Shown here: piece after piece, positions 30,301 through 39,437 of the stretch
Numbering within the stretch: position 1 is the first letter of the stretch
Layout: the number at the start of each line of letters is the position of its first letter
Source: a virus
DNA: 64,000 bases
Virus record (IMG/VR): IMGVR_UViG_3300017991_005544
Location: 2,699 to 66,698 of that record
Direction: 5' to 3' (one strand)
Made by a program: the position numbers and the translations under genes
The notes under the pieces: model-generated
The model's input: the letters and a program-made list of their open reading frames with translations, nothing else
What the model was told of the DNA's origin: nothing
The model's database searches: none

Positions 30301-30642
30301 GTAGTAGAAACAACGCCAGGCCTCGTTGTTGATTTTCATCAGGTTGCGGTATCCCTCTTCGTTCTTGGCAAGCAGGACGAGATGAAGTCTGTCATCCTTG
30401 CCTTCTTTCTCAATCCTGTCGGGCACCACGTACAGTTCAGATCCGTATATCACTTTCGGGCAGTTCTCGATGTTCTTGGATTCAATTTCAGCTGGAAGAT
30501 GACTCGCCATATTCCCGTGGTCCGTCAACGCTATTGCCGAGATCCCCTTGTCTCTCGCTGCCTCGAGAAGCCGCTCGGGACTGATCACACCATCAAGCAG
30601 GCTTGCCGATGTATGGCAGTGCAGATGAGCAAATGCCTTCAT
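27379..30642 (-). CDS. dnaE: DNA polymerase III alpha subunit (family C)
   Basis: PHP motifs HLHCH, TDHG, NDVH; RGSA, FERF, DIDID, GVFQ, YSFPKAH; C-terminal OB fold. Confidence 0.96.
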   Translation of the reverse strand: MKAFAHLHCHTSASLLDGVISPERLLEAARDKGISAIALTDHGNMASHLPAEIESKNIENCPKVIYGSELYVVPDRIEKEGKDDRLHLVLLAKNEEGYRNLMKINNEAWRCFYYRPRIDFDFISKHHKGLVALSACAKGIVAGKIAQQDFRCAIDTATRYQDLFGHDFYLEIQLINVDVGGENLQTRVNRGLITLSDRMDIPLVITNDVHYINEEDWILHEKMLHLSTGNVDWHFETKDIWLKTWDELNEAREEYFPDITYNQFKKAMTRTLEVAAKCDHHIKTGDAHIPRFDYTTHPEYKGHKTKEDFFIHICVDALREFVRANPSVSIPLYEDRLKKEVNDIIQMGAIDYFLIVEDLVRFIRGQGKLIMIRGSANGSLVCYLLKFGHIDPVKHHILFERFISPARVEIGMFDVDIDIDMEREMRPKAVQYLKEKYGESLICNVGSYGRLMWKAAIKDMGRVEGLEIKHKLEKTTHPTERKELEERLDQFSFKKINELTAMMERASQQEGGDISLEETIKNQPAFKEWYDANKEWVEKYVRPIVGLPKSPSIHPASVVILPGHMDEWLPIRSQASPQDKTKRVLCTQWEGSHTGREDLRTYGVMALDILGVKTLNVVADTIRMIERTRGIKIGIEDIPFDDPKTIEGFVAGETLGVFQLNAPGITRIVRNVKPDCFSDVVNLCAIDRPGPLSMGAQVSYAKRKHGHEPIEKLHKTIDPVMEDALGMPIFNDHIMMIAMYFAGFTPVEAEELRKVSKAKKGKESIAPFKEKFISQAVELHGEEVQEAAETMWEKIEQFGAYSFPKAHASGYGLVAWATMYLKTNFPEEFFCNLLNFSDHDKYSEVRLVAKREYGVRFVMPDVNRSKKNFIIDDGKIVWSLSGIKGLGPTALTNLIKGQPYSSFDDFYKRSDKRQLNKSRMEAVILSGCLRQFGEPLDLIKRMYELRNAEGKKGSYDPRYDEFQETDWQRSKTDHLGFQTISYFDTYGKSSLDMTRVGEITCCASGSEVIAVGQISNLRTLQSKRGPYLKGKLSDVDGSIDVNIWNEEYEKLQRRKRVPNDGDIILVVGTYKEWRDLKSIHVNRIKKL

Positions 30643-30926
30643 TCCTTACCACACTCTCCTTTCTTACCGCACCCATTGCATACGTGATCATGATTGGGCC
30701 CTTCTGCTTCCCACGTGTCAGTTCCGTTTTCACTGTTGACGTACTCTTCGAATCGTTTCCAGAACCTGTACTTTCTGAATTCCTTGCTGCCCTTTTGTGA
30801 GATCAGACAGGCGATAACGCCGAGGAGCATGAGGAACGCCTTGTCTGTTGCCCACAGGAGGCCTGCCACACAGATCAGGATTGCCACGATGAGCCATACG
30901 AGAGGTTTCAGTGCCTGAATGTTCAT
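30639..30926 (-). CDS. Small membrane protein
   Basis: Two hydrophobic segments. Confidence 0.5.
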   Translation of the reverse strand: MNIQALKPLVWLIVAILICVAGLLWATDKAFLMLLGVIACLISQKGSKEFRKYRFWKRFEEYVNSENGTDTWEAEGPNHDHVCNGCGKKGECGKE

Positions 30927-31387
30927 TTCATTTCTCCCTTCTCCAACAGGTTGCTAAGGTGAGTCCAGATGTCTTCGGCAAAAGCATAGACAAACTCATA
31001 CTTCGATGCCTTGTCTTCTTCTTTGTCCAGCTTCCTGTGATGAGGTTCCATCCAGTGGCCTAGTTCGTGAACCAACACGGCCTTTATTTCTTTCGGTTTT
31101 GCGTTTTTCCTGAACCACATGTGGACTTCTTTCGACTGGAACCTGTAGAAGCCCCAGACTCCTCTTTTGTTGATGCTTTTGATGGCATCTTCAAGCGGAA
31201 ATTCCCATCCCTTACCATCTGGGGTGTGACCAGAAATAACTCCTTTCTTTTTGAATTTTTCCGTTTCACTAGCGAACTCCAACAGGATGCTCCGGGCCGT
31301 CGGCCATACCACAAGCGTCATGTTGACAGGAAGATCCTTACTGCCTTCGATCTCCTGAGTAAATTCGAGTGTATAGCCTTTTCTCAT
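30923..31387 (-). CDS. HExxH metallopeptidase-like protein
   Basis: VLVHELGHW. Confidence 0.55.
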   Translation of the reverse strand: MRKGYTLEFTQEIEGSKDLPVNMTLVVWPTARSILLEFASETEKFKKKGVISGHTPDGKGWEFPLEDAIKSINKRGVWGFYRFQSKEVHMWFRKNAKPKEIKAVLVHELGHWMEPHHRKLDKEEDKASKYEFVYAFAEDIWTHLSNLLEKGEMK

Positions 31388-31773
31388 CTGGATTTCCTTG
31401 GATTTCTCATTCCTCGCATATCCCACTTTAATCTTTCAGCTTCTGATTTTGTTCTTTTCAATCCTAAATCTTTCATTACGTTTTCGATTTTTCTTTTATT
31501 AACTTTTAAGATTTCTGAAATGTGTCTTATTGAGTATCCTTCTTCTAGCATTGACTTAACATCACTTCCAAAAATCTTAACATTTTTCTTTCGTGTAAGT
31601 TTTCCATGTATCCCTCTATGATATGATCCAGAACAAATAATCAAATTATTATGATCATTATTAAAAGGATTTTCGTCTATATGGTGAATCTCTTCATTGG
31701 ATTTTAAGGCCCTACCAAGTATCTTGGGGCCAATGTATCTTCGAATTTTTGTGTGGGATGATCGTCTTTTCAT
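31384..31773 (-). CDS. Free-standing HNH homing endonuclease
   Basis: EIHHIDENPFNNDHNNLIIC...H...H plus C-terminal HTH; very AT-rich. Confidence 0.85.
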   Translation of the reverse strand: MKRRSSHTKIRRYIGPKILGRALKSNEEIHHIDENPFNNDHNNLIICSGSYHRGIHGKLTRKKNVKIFGSDVKSMLEEGYSIRHISEILKVNKRKIENVMKDLGLKRTKSEAERLKWDMRGMRNPRKSR

Positions 31774-31785
31774 ACGTGATTATTC

Positions 31786-34713
31786 CTAACTACAATCACT
31801 ATATCCGCAGTTCCTACAGGTTGAGCATCCGCCCTGTTGCTCGATGGGACCTTGGCACTCTGGGCATGCCCCCCTGATAGGAGTCTGCTGTACAGGGTGT
31901 TCCTTCATGAAGACGCTTTCCAGGACTTGAGCGACTCCATCGGCACAGGATAATACCTTGTTGTTTCCCATTCCTCTTGGAAGATGACAACTGATTCCTC
32001 GAAGCTGTTTCACGATATGTGACGGGTGGACCCCGCTCCTCAGAGCGAGAGAGACCATTCTTCCCATGGCTTCGCTTTGGCTCGATGCACATCCTCCTGC
32101 TTTACCGACCCTTGTGAAAACTTCGAATGGCTTCCCATTGCCATTCCAGTTGATCGTGACGTACATGGTCCCACAGCTTGTCTCCACCTTTTGCGTCAAG
32201 CCACTGAGGGCCTGAGGTCTGACCTGAGGTTCGTGGGTATCCTCAGTATCGGGCTTTTTGATTTCAATCCCCTTCTCCAACACTTGTTCCTCCCGGCTCT
32301 TGTCCCGATAGATTGTGATTCCCTTACATCCTGCATTGTAAGCCGTCCTGTATGCATTGATAACATCCTCTACAGTTGAGTCACGAGTCATGTTTATCGT
32401 TTTGCTTACCGAATTACACGTGTAGGCCTGGAATGCCGCCTGCATGTTGATGTGCCACTCCGGGTCAATCTCATGCGAAGTTTTGAAGATGGACCTGATT
32501 TTTCGGTATGTGTCTCCACCATCAGGTAGCATGGGCAAATAACCGGCTTCGATTATTTTCTGTTTGAGTTCCGGCCTTTCAATCCATTTGACCCGGTCAA
32601 GGTGCTCGACAAGATCTTGGTTGAAATACTCAAACTCGGCCCCGTCAAGAACATTCATCTTCCTGTACGCAAGTGCGAACAAAGGCTCGATGCCGCTCGA
32701 GCATCCGGCAATCATACTGATGGTCCCGGTGGGCGCAATGGTCGTGAGGGTGGCATTCCTTCTCTTGTTGATCATGAGCTTGTCTGCATCATACAGTTCG
32801 AACGCATCGTACTGGTTTGCAAGCTCTTCACTCCTGATGATTGCCCTTGTCTTGATCGTTTCCATTACGGTGCAGGCCAGCTTGACGGCCCCTTGACTCT
32901 CGTACGGTATCCCCATCTTGATCAGAGCATCGGCCCATCCCATGATACCGATGCCAATCTTCCTGGTCCTCATGGTTGTGTCTTTGATGGTTCTGGTAGG
33001 AAACACATTCACATCGATGACGGAGTCGAGAAAATCGACAATTGTCTCGACAGTACTTTGCAGGTGACCGAAGTTGATTTTGCCATCATCCATGATGAAC
33101 CGGGTGAGATTGATACTGGCAAGGTTGCAGGATTCAAACGGCAGGAGAGGCTGTTCTCCGCAGGGATTTGTTGCTTCAATTTCTCCCAGGGGAGCCAGTG
33201 CCGTGTTGTTGATCCTGTCGATGAAGATGATGCCTGGATCTCCCGTGGTCCAGGCTTCTGTGGCGATCATCTCGAAGACCGTCTTGGCATCGAGTTCGGT
33301 TTCGACTTGCTTGGTCCTGGGGTTGATGATCTTGTATGTGGTGCCCCGCTCCAGGGCTTCCATGAATTCATCCGTGATTGCAACCGACGTGTTGAAATTG
33401 TTGAAACTCTTGCCGTCGTGCTTGCATTTGATGAAATCCAGGATGTCGGGGTGATCGCAATTATGAACAAAAACCCCATTGGCTGAAAAATTATGGTATT
33501 CAGCTAATGAAATATCATAAACCTCTTTAGCGACCCCAAATTCCTCAACCTTAATGACTCTATGATTACTTATCCGACGGTTTTTGTTCCATGGTGTTTT
33601 ACCGAGTTTAGCCTTTGCCATTTTTTCTTTCCATGCTAAGGCCTTGTCAACACCATAAACTTCTTCAAGTGTTTTTCCTTTTCTCTTTGATGATTCTATT
33701 TCTCTAGCTACGTTGAGATTGTCATTGTGTTTTTTTGCATGATCTGATCTAGTCAAAACTTCTATGTTTGATGGATCATTATCAAGATAATCTTCATTTT
33801 TGTGATGAGCATTTAACTCGTAAGAGACATTGAATCCAAGGATGTCTCTAGCAATAGCTCTATGCTCAAAAATAGCCTTGCCTCCGCTGCACTTTATCAG
33901 CCTTCTATGGTGCTTGCCATGTTTTCTTATGCTCTTAAAAAAGGCCATCAGACTATCGCCAAGTATCAATGATGATGCTTCCTTGTATTTCCCATTGCTC
34001 AACATGAATCTGTGATCGGGAGTACAATCGACAAAATCATCATTATCAAACCAAACCCTCACCATTTTCCTATTTGTATCGGACACAAAAATCCTTTTGG
34101 CCTTTGTAATGTGGATTTCTCTAGTGTTTGGATCGCACGAATAAACATAAGGCTGTTGTCCGACCAAATCTTTTATTTTGATTTTGCCATTTATTGTGTT
34201 GATCAAGGTTTCGCCATCAAGGCAACGCAAAACAGCCATGTTGGCTCCCCGTCGTTTTCCTCCCTGTTTGATCGTTTCGGTCGTGGCGTTGAAGACCTGC
34301 ATGAAACTAAGGGGGCCCGAAGAGATTCCATGGGTCTTCTTCACGATGTCCCCGGCAGGCCGGAGCCTCGAGAATGAAAAGCCGGTTCCGCCACCGGCCT
34401 TCTGGACCAGGGCCTGGGTCTTGGCCGCATCCATGATGCCGGTGATCGAATCAGGGATCGGGATCACAAAGCAGGCACTGAGCATACCGAGGTCAGTTCC
34501 GGCATTCATCAGGGTCGGACTGTTCGGCAGGAACTCGAGGTTTCGCATTGCCTCAAGAAACCGATCCATATCTGTCCCGTTTCTGGCTACAGACTTCGCA
34601 ACCCGGAGGAACATTTGATCAGGATCTTCGACGATTTCTCCATCATCGTTTCTCAAGAGGTATCGTCGTCCAAGAACACGAAGGGCCGTGTCACTGAGGA
34701 TGGTGTGTGACAT
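31786..34713 (-). CDS. nrdJ: Class II (AdoCbl-dependent) ribonucleotide reductase containing an intein
   Basis: FLPNSPTLMNAG, GGGTG, TNPCGEQ, TIAPTGT, SSGIEP, C-terminal TSCPD/Zn domain. Confidence 0.95.
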   Translation of the reverse strand: MSHTILSDTALRVLGRRYLLRNDDGEIVEDPDQMFLRVAKSVARNGTDMDRFLEAMRNLEFLPNSPTLMNAGTDLGMLSACFVIPIPDSITGIMDAAKTQALVQKAGGGTGFSFSRLRPAGDIVKKTHGISSGPLSFMQVFNATTETIKQGGKRRGANMAVLRCLDGETLINTINGKIKIKDLVGQQPYVYSCDPNTREIHITKAKRIFVSDTNRKMVRVWFDNDDFVDCTPDHRFMLSNGKYKEASSLILGDSLMAFFKSIRKHGKHHRRLIKCSGGKAIFEHRAIARDILGFNVSYELNAHHKNEDYLDNDPSNIEVLTRSDHAKKHNDNLNVAREIESSKRKGKTLEEVYGVDKALAWKEKMAKAKLGKTPWNKNRRISNHRVIKVEEFGVAKEVYDISLAEYHNFSANGVFVHNCDHPDILDFIKCKHDGKSFNNFNTSVAITDEFMEALERGTTYKIINPRTKQVETELDAKTVFEMIATEAWTTGDPGIIFIDRINNTALAPLGEIEATNPCGEQPLLPFESCNLASINLTRFIMDDGKINFGHLQSTVETIVDFLDSVIDVNVFPTRTIKDTTMRTRKIGIGIMGWADALIKMGIPYESQGAVKLACTVMETIKTRAIIRSEELANQYDAFELYDADKLMINKRRNATLTTIAPTGTISMIAGCSSGIEPLFALAYRKMNVLDGAEFEYFNQDLVEHLDRVKWIERPELKQKIIEAGYLPMLPDGGDTYRKIRSIFKTSHEIDPEWHINMQAAFQAYTCNSVSKTINMTRDSTVEDVINAYRTAYNAGCKGITIYRDKSREEQVLEKGIEIKKPDTEDTHEPQVRPQALSGLTQKVETSCGTMYVTINWNGNGKPFEVFTRVGKAGGCASSQSEAMGRMVSLALRSGVHPSHIVKQLRGISCHLPRGMGNNKVLSCADGVAQVLESVFMKEHPVQQTPIRGACPECQGPIEQQGGCSTCRNCGYSDCS
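33460..34224 (-). mobile_element. Intein (255 aa) with HNH endonuclease in nrdJ
   Basis: AVLR|CLDGET...TPDH...FVHN|CDHPD; internal HHKNEDYLDNDPSN; AT-rich. Confidence 0.92.
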
Positions 34714-34742
34714 CTTTATTCTCCCGATTCCCCGCTTATTGC

Positions 34743-35093
34743 TTAATTGATCGGTATGTCTTTTCCGGCTTTTCTGTATTGTTCCACGAGGGCCGCTTCA
34801 TTGATGGCAGGGTTCTGGAAGCCGCAGACGAGCCCTTCCTTGAACATCCTGTCCTGAAGCTTCACCAAATCTACCATGTTCATCAAATTCAATGCAAGTG
34901 ATTCTCTCTGCCAGGCCAAGATCTTCAAAAACTTTCTAACGAGAACAATGACCTTCACCTTTTTCTTGAAGGCAGCGAACCCGGTGATCTTTTCTTCCTC
35001 GCAGATTTTGGTCCCGACCTTCCATGCATTGATGAGTCTTTCGAGCTTGCCCATGCCATCATGAACAATGATGCCGGTGTCAATGGTATGCAT
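34743..35093 (-). CDS. Hypothetical protein
   Basis: ORF in operon; start uncertain. Confidence 0.4.
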   Translation of the reverse strand: MHTIDTGIIVHDGMGKLERLINAWKVGTKICEEEKITGFAAFKKKVKVIVLVRKFLKILAWQRESLALNLMNMVDLVKLQDRMFKEGLVCGFQNPAINEAALVEQYRKAGKDIPIN

Positions 35094-35409
35094 CCTTGAT
35101 CTCCACGATTTCGGTTTCAAACCAAAATCTCATCTCTCGACCATCCTCGGTTTCGATCGGAATCGATCCCTCACGCATGAACGTGAGGAACTCGGCCTCA
35201 AATTGTTCTGCATCCTGTTTGTCATTGAACGTGAGAGAAATGTAACGCCGCCTCGGCCATTCAGAATAGATGATCTCGAGGCTTCCTCCGTGTTTGCCAT
35301 CGTCGAAGGCCCTGGGGTAGTGACGGAACGCAATCTCACTGGCTACATCAAGGGAAAGGATGTGGAATCTGTCTCCCGCCTCGGTCCTCAGGATCATGAT
35401 TCTTCTCAT
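35080..35409 (-). CDS. Hypothetical protein
   Basis: Coupled ORF. Confidence 0.5.
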   Translation of the reverse strand: MRRIMILRTEAGDRFHILSLDVASEIAFRHYPRAFDDGKHGGSLEIIYSEWPRRRYISLTFNDKQDAEQFEAEFLTFMREGSIPIETEDGREMRFWFETEIVEIKDAYH

Positions 35410-35702
35410 CGGTCTGATTTCCTCTTGATCTTGTATTGGGCCAGCATGATCACGTCTGTCGGCATGATCTGGATAGCATATCCTTCCCGGTCAATCAGGT
35501 AGCTGCACCGCATCGAGAACTTGTCTTCAATGATCGGTCTCCACTTTCTCGGGACCTTCCGGTATCCTGATTCGACGTGGCAATAAGCAGATTTGCTGAC
35601 CCCCATCATCTTGGAGGCCTTATCCACGCTCATGCCGCTTGAAAGCCTCAGGGCCTTCAATAACGTGATGCAGAGAGAAGCCTTTTTTGGTGCTCGGTCC
35701 AC
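35406..35702 (-). CDS. XRE-family HTH protein
   Basis: LKALR..SGMS...ASKMMGVSKSAYCHVESG. Confidence 0.75.
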   Translation of the reverse strand: MDRAPKKASLCITLLKALRLSSGMSVDKASKMMGVSKSAYCHVESGYRKVPRKWRPIIEDKFSMRCSYLIDREGYAIQIMPTDVIMLAQYKIKRKSDR

Positions 35703-35718
35703 GGATCACCTTCCGCTA

Positions 35719-36270
35719 TCATTCATCCTTGTCGAGGTCGAGAGCGTTGGACAGCATGATGCAGCAGAGCGTCCCGAGATCCACGATTCTCTTGAGGGCC
35801 CTGACATCATCCATGTTGAGTTCGAAGCTGACACCCGGCAGCGTGATGCTCTTTTTCTCGCCAGACACACGGGGGGTGCTTTTCGGCTTGGCCTTCGGAG
35901 GCTCCGGTTCTTCTTCGGGCTCGGTCGGTTCCGGTTCTTCTTCTGGTTCGGTCGGTTCCGGTTCTTCTTCGGGCGATTCGTCGGTCGATTCTTCTTCAGG
36001 CTCTGCCTCGGGTTCTGCCTCTGGCTCCGTCTTTGCCTTAGCCTTCGGCTTCGTCTCTTCTTTTTCTTCCGGCTCCTCAGGAGGCAGATCAGCCTTCAGA
36101 CTTTTGGCAAGCTCCTCGGTTTTCTTTTCGCATTCTTCGGCGGCTGCACAGATCTTGCAGTCATCATCGGTGGGCTCAAACTGGCCGAAGAGCTTGCAAC
36201 TGATTTTCTTGGCGGGTTTCTTGGTTTCTTCCTGGGGGGTCTCTTCTTCTTCACGTCTCTGTCTTGCCAT
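35719..36270 (-). CDS. Acidic Glu/Pro-repeat protein
   Basis: EPEPTEPEE repeats; AGGAG RBS. Confidence 0.65.
   Translation of the reverse strand: MARQRREEEETPQEETKKPAKKISCKLFGQFEPTDDDCKICAAAEECEKKTEELAKSLKADLPPEEPEEKEETKPKAKAKTEPEAEPEAEPEEESTDESPEEEPEPTEPEEEPEPTEPEEEPEPPKAKPKSTPRVSGEKKSITLPGVSFELNMDDVRALKRIVDLGTLCCIMLSNALDLDKDE
35904..35990. repeat. 27-bp coding tandem repeat
   Basis: CCGGTTCTTCTTC-containing unit, about 3 copies, encoding EPEPTEPEE. Confidence 0.7.
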
Positions 36271-36302
36271 AATCGTACTCCTTCTTGGTGGGATTATCTG
36301 GC

Positions 36303-37301
36303 CTATTCGGTCATGATACCTTTTAGTTTTGATCTTGTCGAGTATAAATCGGTGACGGTCCTTCTGGCCCCCATGAGCCTCAGGAACTCGTCATCCGGGA
36401 TGGAATCCGGGTCTTGGTCTTCCTCCTGGATGACCGCCACCGACAATACCTTACCCTCGATGAACTTCATGTTTTTCAAATGGCGTTTGAATCCTGACTC
36501 CCCTACATCCCCGTCCAACATGAACGTGATCTCGGGGAACCGGCATTCTGACAGCAGGAGGGCTTGATTTCGGCTCAAAAACGAGCCCAACAGGGCAACC
36601 GAGGGGTAACCCCGCCCCAAGACCCTAAGGCAGTCAAAGATGCCCTCCACGACCACGAGAGGCCTATTCTCGAATTCCTCGGGCCCCTGGGTATTCATCC
36701 GGTCGTACCAGTAGATCATCCGGTCGTTCATACCGCCCGGCGGATTCAAGGTTTTGGGCTTCTGACCCGTGGCAGAATAGGCCACAAAGCTCCTGTTCCC
36801 GTCACATCGGAACGGAAAGATCAGCCTGCCGTTGTATTTGCCCCCGTTGCAGACCCGGATGCCTGCCCGGAAGGCCAGGCCGAACGGGACCTGCCGGTCC
36901 TTCAGGAAAACCGGAAATGCCGATTCCGAAATGAGCTTCGAGGTCGGAGGCGGCTGAATCAAGATCTTCATCCCGAGGGTGTTCTGGAGTTCGTAGTGGA
37001 ATCCCTCGACGCTCTTGAGATGTTCCTTGATATCCTCGATGACCGGGACATCCGGCATCTCCTCTTCCATGAGCCTCTGGGCTTCCCTGGCGGTCGTCTT
37101 CCTGACGATCGAGACCAACACGACCAGGTTTCCAGTGACACCACATCGATGGCAGATCCACAGGCCGGTCCTCGTGTTGAAGTACAGGTGATTGGTCGGA
37201 TTGGGGCACTCAGGATCCACGCAATCCATGATGACTTCGTCCGAGTTGGTCGGCTTGTAATCAAGCCTCAGGCGTTTCAGAATCGGTAACAGGTTCTTCA
37301 T
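36303..37301 (-). CDS. DNA primase (Zn finger + TOPRIM)
   Basis: C..C..H...CHRC; VVEGIFD, LLGS, MLDGD, DPD. Confidence 0.88.
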   Translation of the reverse strand: MKNLLPILKRLRLDYKPTNSDEVIMDCVDPECPNPTNHLYFNTRTGLWICHRCGVTGNLVVLVSIVRKTTAREAQRLMEEEMPDVPVIEDIKEHLKSVEGFHYELQNTLGMKILIQPPPTSKLISESAFPVFLKDRQVPFGLAFRAGIRVCNGGKYNGRLIFPFRCDGNRSFVAYSATGQKPKTLNPPGGMNDRMIYWYDRMNTQGPEEFENRPLVVVEGIFDCLRVLGRGYPSVALLGSFLSRNQALLLSECRFPEITFMLDGDVGESGFKRHLKNMKFIEGKVLSVAVIQEEDQDPDSIPDDEFLRLMGARRTVTDLYSTRSKLKGIMTE

Positions 37302-38976
37302 TTTGCTTCACCCACACCGTGAGTCTGCCGTATCGTGATTCAAACAAATCGATGACTTCGCCTTCCTTCAGGTCAGGTTCTGTCTCTTCCACCAGGTGAT
37401 AGGTCGGGAACCCTTCGAAGACCTCCATGATGGCCGGTCGATCCAGTTCGCTTGACAAATAGCTGGCCGTGAAACTCGAACGCACTGCGTTCGCTTTTCT
37501 TCCTTTTAGGGTCGGGGCATCACCAACAAAGATGATGAGCTTTCCGCCCGGTCTCAAGTATCTGTCGGCCCGGAGCACAAAGTCTCTGAGATCGTCAGGT
37601 GTGTTCAGAGCGAAACTACAGACGATGAAATCGAGGGGGTTATCCTGTTTGAATTCATCACTGAAGAAATTCCCCACTTCATCTGGATCCATCATGGGGT
37701 CGACATCGATCTTCTTTATGTCGATGTCTTCAGGATACCGATGATAACCACAGCCGACATCGAGACCCTTGCCCACCATGTGTTTCTTCACGACATCGTA
37801 GACTTGATGAAAGATGCTGCCCATCATGCCTTTGATTTCCGGGATGCTGACTCCCTGGACCTTGTTCATCAGGTACTCGACGGCAAAACAAATCTTCTGT
37901 GGGTCGAGCAATGAGAAACAAGGCGATGGGTCCCCCTTGGGGCACGGATCACTATCGTGGACAAAACAAGGAGCACATACCGGGCATGCGTTCAGGCCGA
38001 TGGCATGGTGGTAGTACTTCATCCTGAGGACTGCCGGGAACGGCCCGTAGAGACCAATGACCGGCACCCTCAGGCCCCCGGCGATATGGATCATGGCACT
38101 GTCCGGTGCGATAATAACGTCACAATGACTCGCAACAGCCATCGAGGTCTTCAGACTCATGGCATTGGCAGGCCCATCGATGATCCTGTTCGGTGCGTTC
38201 TCTTTGAATCCCTCGACGATCGGCCCCGTAATGTTTACCTGGGCTTCAGAACCAAACAACACGATCTTGATCTTCTCATTCCTCATCAGCATGTCCATCA
38301 CGTCGATGAGTTTCTGGTATGGGTAGGTCCTGATCGGGGTACTGGTTGCGATCTGGATACCGATCAGGATGTCTTCCTTCGTGACCTTGTGTCGTTGTAG
38401 GAATTCTTCGGCGGATTTCCTTTCAGGTTCCGTGAGGAAAACATCAGGAAGTTTCTCTCTGGCCGGGATCTTGGTGAAGTCAAATCCAAACTTGTTGAGA
38501 AACAGGTCATAGGCATTCAGTTGTTCGGCCTTCGGATTCCCTTCGATGATTTGTTCGAACATGAGGTGATAGTCGACGCTCTCCAGGAGACTCTGGTCGA
38601 GAGGGAGTTGATGCAGGAAATCGATGTAGAAGACATCCTTGTAAAGATCCATGTATTTCCCACCAACCGCAACATGAAGCTTGCAGTCAGGATACAGTTT
38701 TCTCAGCAACCGAAGGGGTGGCATCATGAACATGAGATCTCCAATGCCGCCATGTCTCCAGACCAGCAAGGATTTCCCATTAAGATCCTGGCCTCGATAC
38801 TCGTTATAGTACCTGCCGAGTCCATGGATCCTGTTGATGTGGGTCGGCATGAGCTTCGAGAGTTGCTGGACAATCATCTCGTTCACCAGGTAGAATTTGC
38901 CGGGCTTCAGGGCCTTGGCCCAGGGAGTGCCCCGCTCCATCACGATTCCTTCACGTACGACCTCTATGAATTTCAT
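37261..38976 (-). CDS. GT9 (heptosyltransferase-like) glycosyltransferase fused to a methyltransferase-like domain
   Basis: GGIGDL, DSAMIHIAG, GLYGP, C-x-PC; C-terminal LDVGCG...LRPGG. Confidence 0.85.
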   Translation of the reverse strand: MKFIEVVREGIVMERGTPWAKALKPGKFYLVNEMIVQQLSKLMPTHINRIHGLGRYYNEYRGQDLNGKSLLVWRHGGIGDLMFMMPPLRLLRKLYPDCKLHVAVGGKYMDLYKDVFYIDFLHQLPLDQSLLESVDYHLMFEQIIEGNPKAEQLNAYDLFLNKFGFDFTKIPAREKLPDVFLTEPERKSAEEFLQRHKVTKEDILIGIQIATSTPIRTYPYQKLIDVMDMLMRNEKIKIVLFGSEAQVNITGPIVEGFKENAPNRIIDGPANAMSLKTSMAVASHCDVIIAPDSAMIHIAGGLRVPVIGLYGPFPAVLRMKYYHHAIGLNACPVCAPCFVHDSDPCPKGDPSPCFSLLDPQKICFAVEYLMNKVQGVSIPEIKGMMGSIFHQVYDVVKKHMVGKGLDVGCGYHRYPEDIDIKKIDVDPMMDPDEVGNFFSDEFKQDNPLDFIVCSFALNTPDDLRDFVLRADRYLRPGGKLIIFVGDAPTLKGRKANAVRSSFTASYLSSELDRPAIMEVFEGFPTYHLVEETEPDLKEGEVIDLFESRYGRLTVWVKQNEEPVTDSETPEA

Positions 38977-38978
38977 CG

Positions 38979-39437
38979 TTACCCCCTCAGGATGACTGGT
39001 TTCTTGAAGTTCTTGAATTCGTCAAGCGTATTGGGCCTTCTGGGGACCCCGACGTTGAACATATCGATAATCAAGTGACCCTGCATGCGGCCATTCTTGA
39101 CGACCCCGACAACTTCCTCGTAGTACCGACGGTGCTCATCGAGGAATTGCTCCTGAGTGATGAGCTTCATTTCCTTCAGGAGTGTCTGGAGAATAATCTG
39201 GTTTACCCGGAGTTCCTCGAGTTCCCCTTTGAGCTTGTGGTGTTGGTTCAGTCCCTTTAGCTCTGCGTACCGGACCCGGCGTTCGTAGTGCTCCTGAAGC
39301 GCAGCAAGCACAGGCCTCATGGCAGGCGGGACCCGAACTCCCTCGACTGGATTGAAGTCGTCCTTCTGTTTTGCCTTCTTGACCATGACGGGCCTTTTGA
39401 TCTTCCCGCCCTTTCTACGATTCTTTCCTCGTGCCAT
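38979..39437 (-). CDS. Hypothetical protein
   Basis: Coupled ORF. Confidence 0.5.
   Translation of the reverse strand: MARGKNRRKGGKIKRPVMVKKAKQKDDFNPVEGVRVPPAMRPVLAALQEHYERRVRYAELKGLNQHHKLKGELEELRVNQIILQTLLKEMKLITQEQFLDEHRRYYEEVVGVVKNGRMQGHLIIDMFNVGVPRRPNTLDEFKNFKKPVILRG

Noticed and set aside
29119-30687. Long + strand ORFs opposite dnaE and other - strand genes (e.g. 47229..48431, 35593..36567)
   Set aside because: Antisense shadows of genes that have clear motifs
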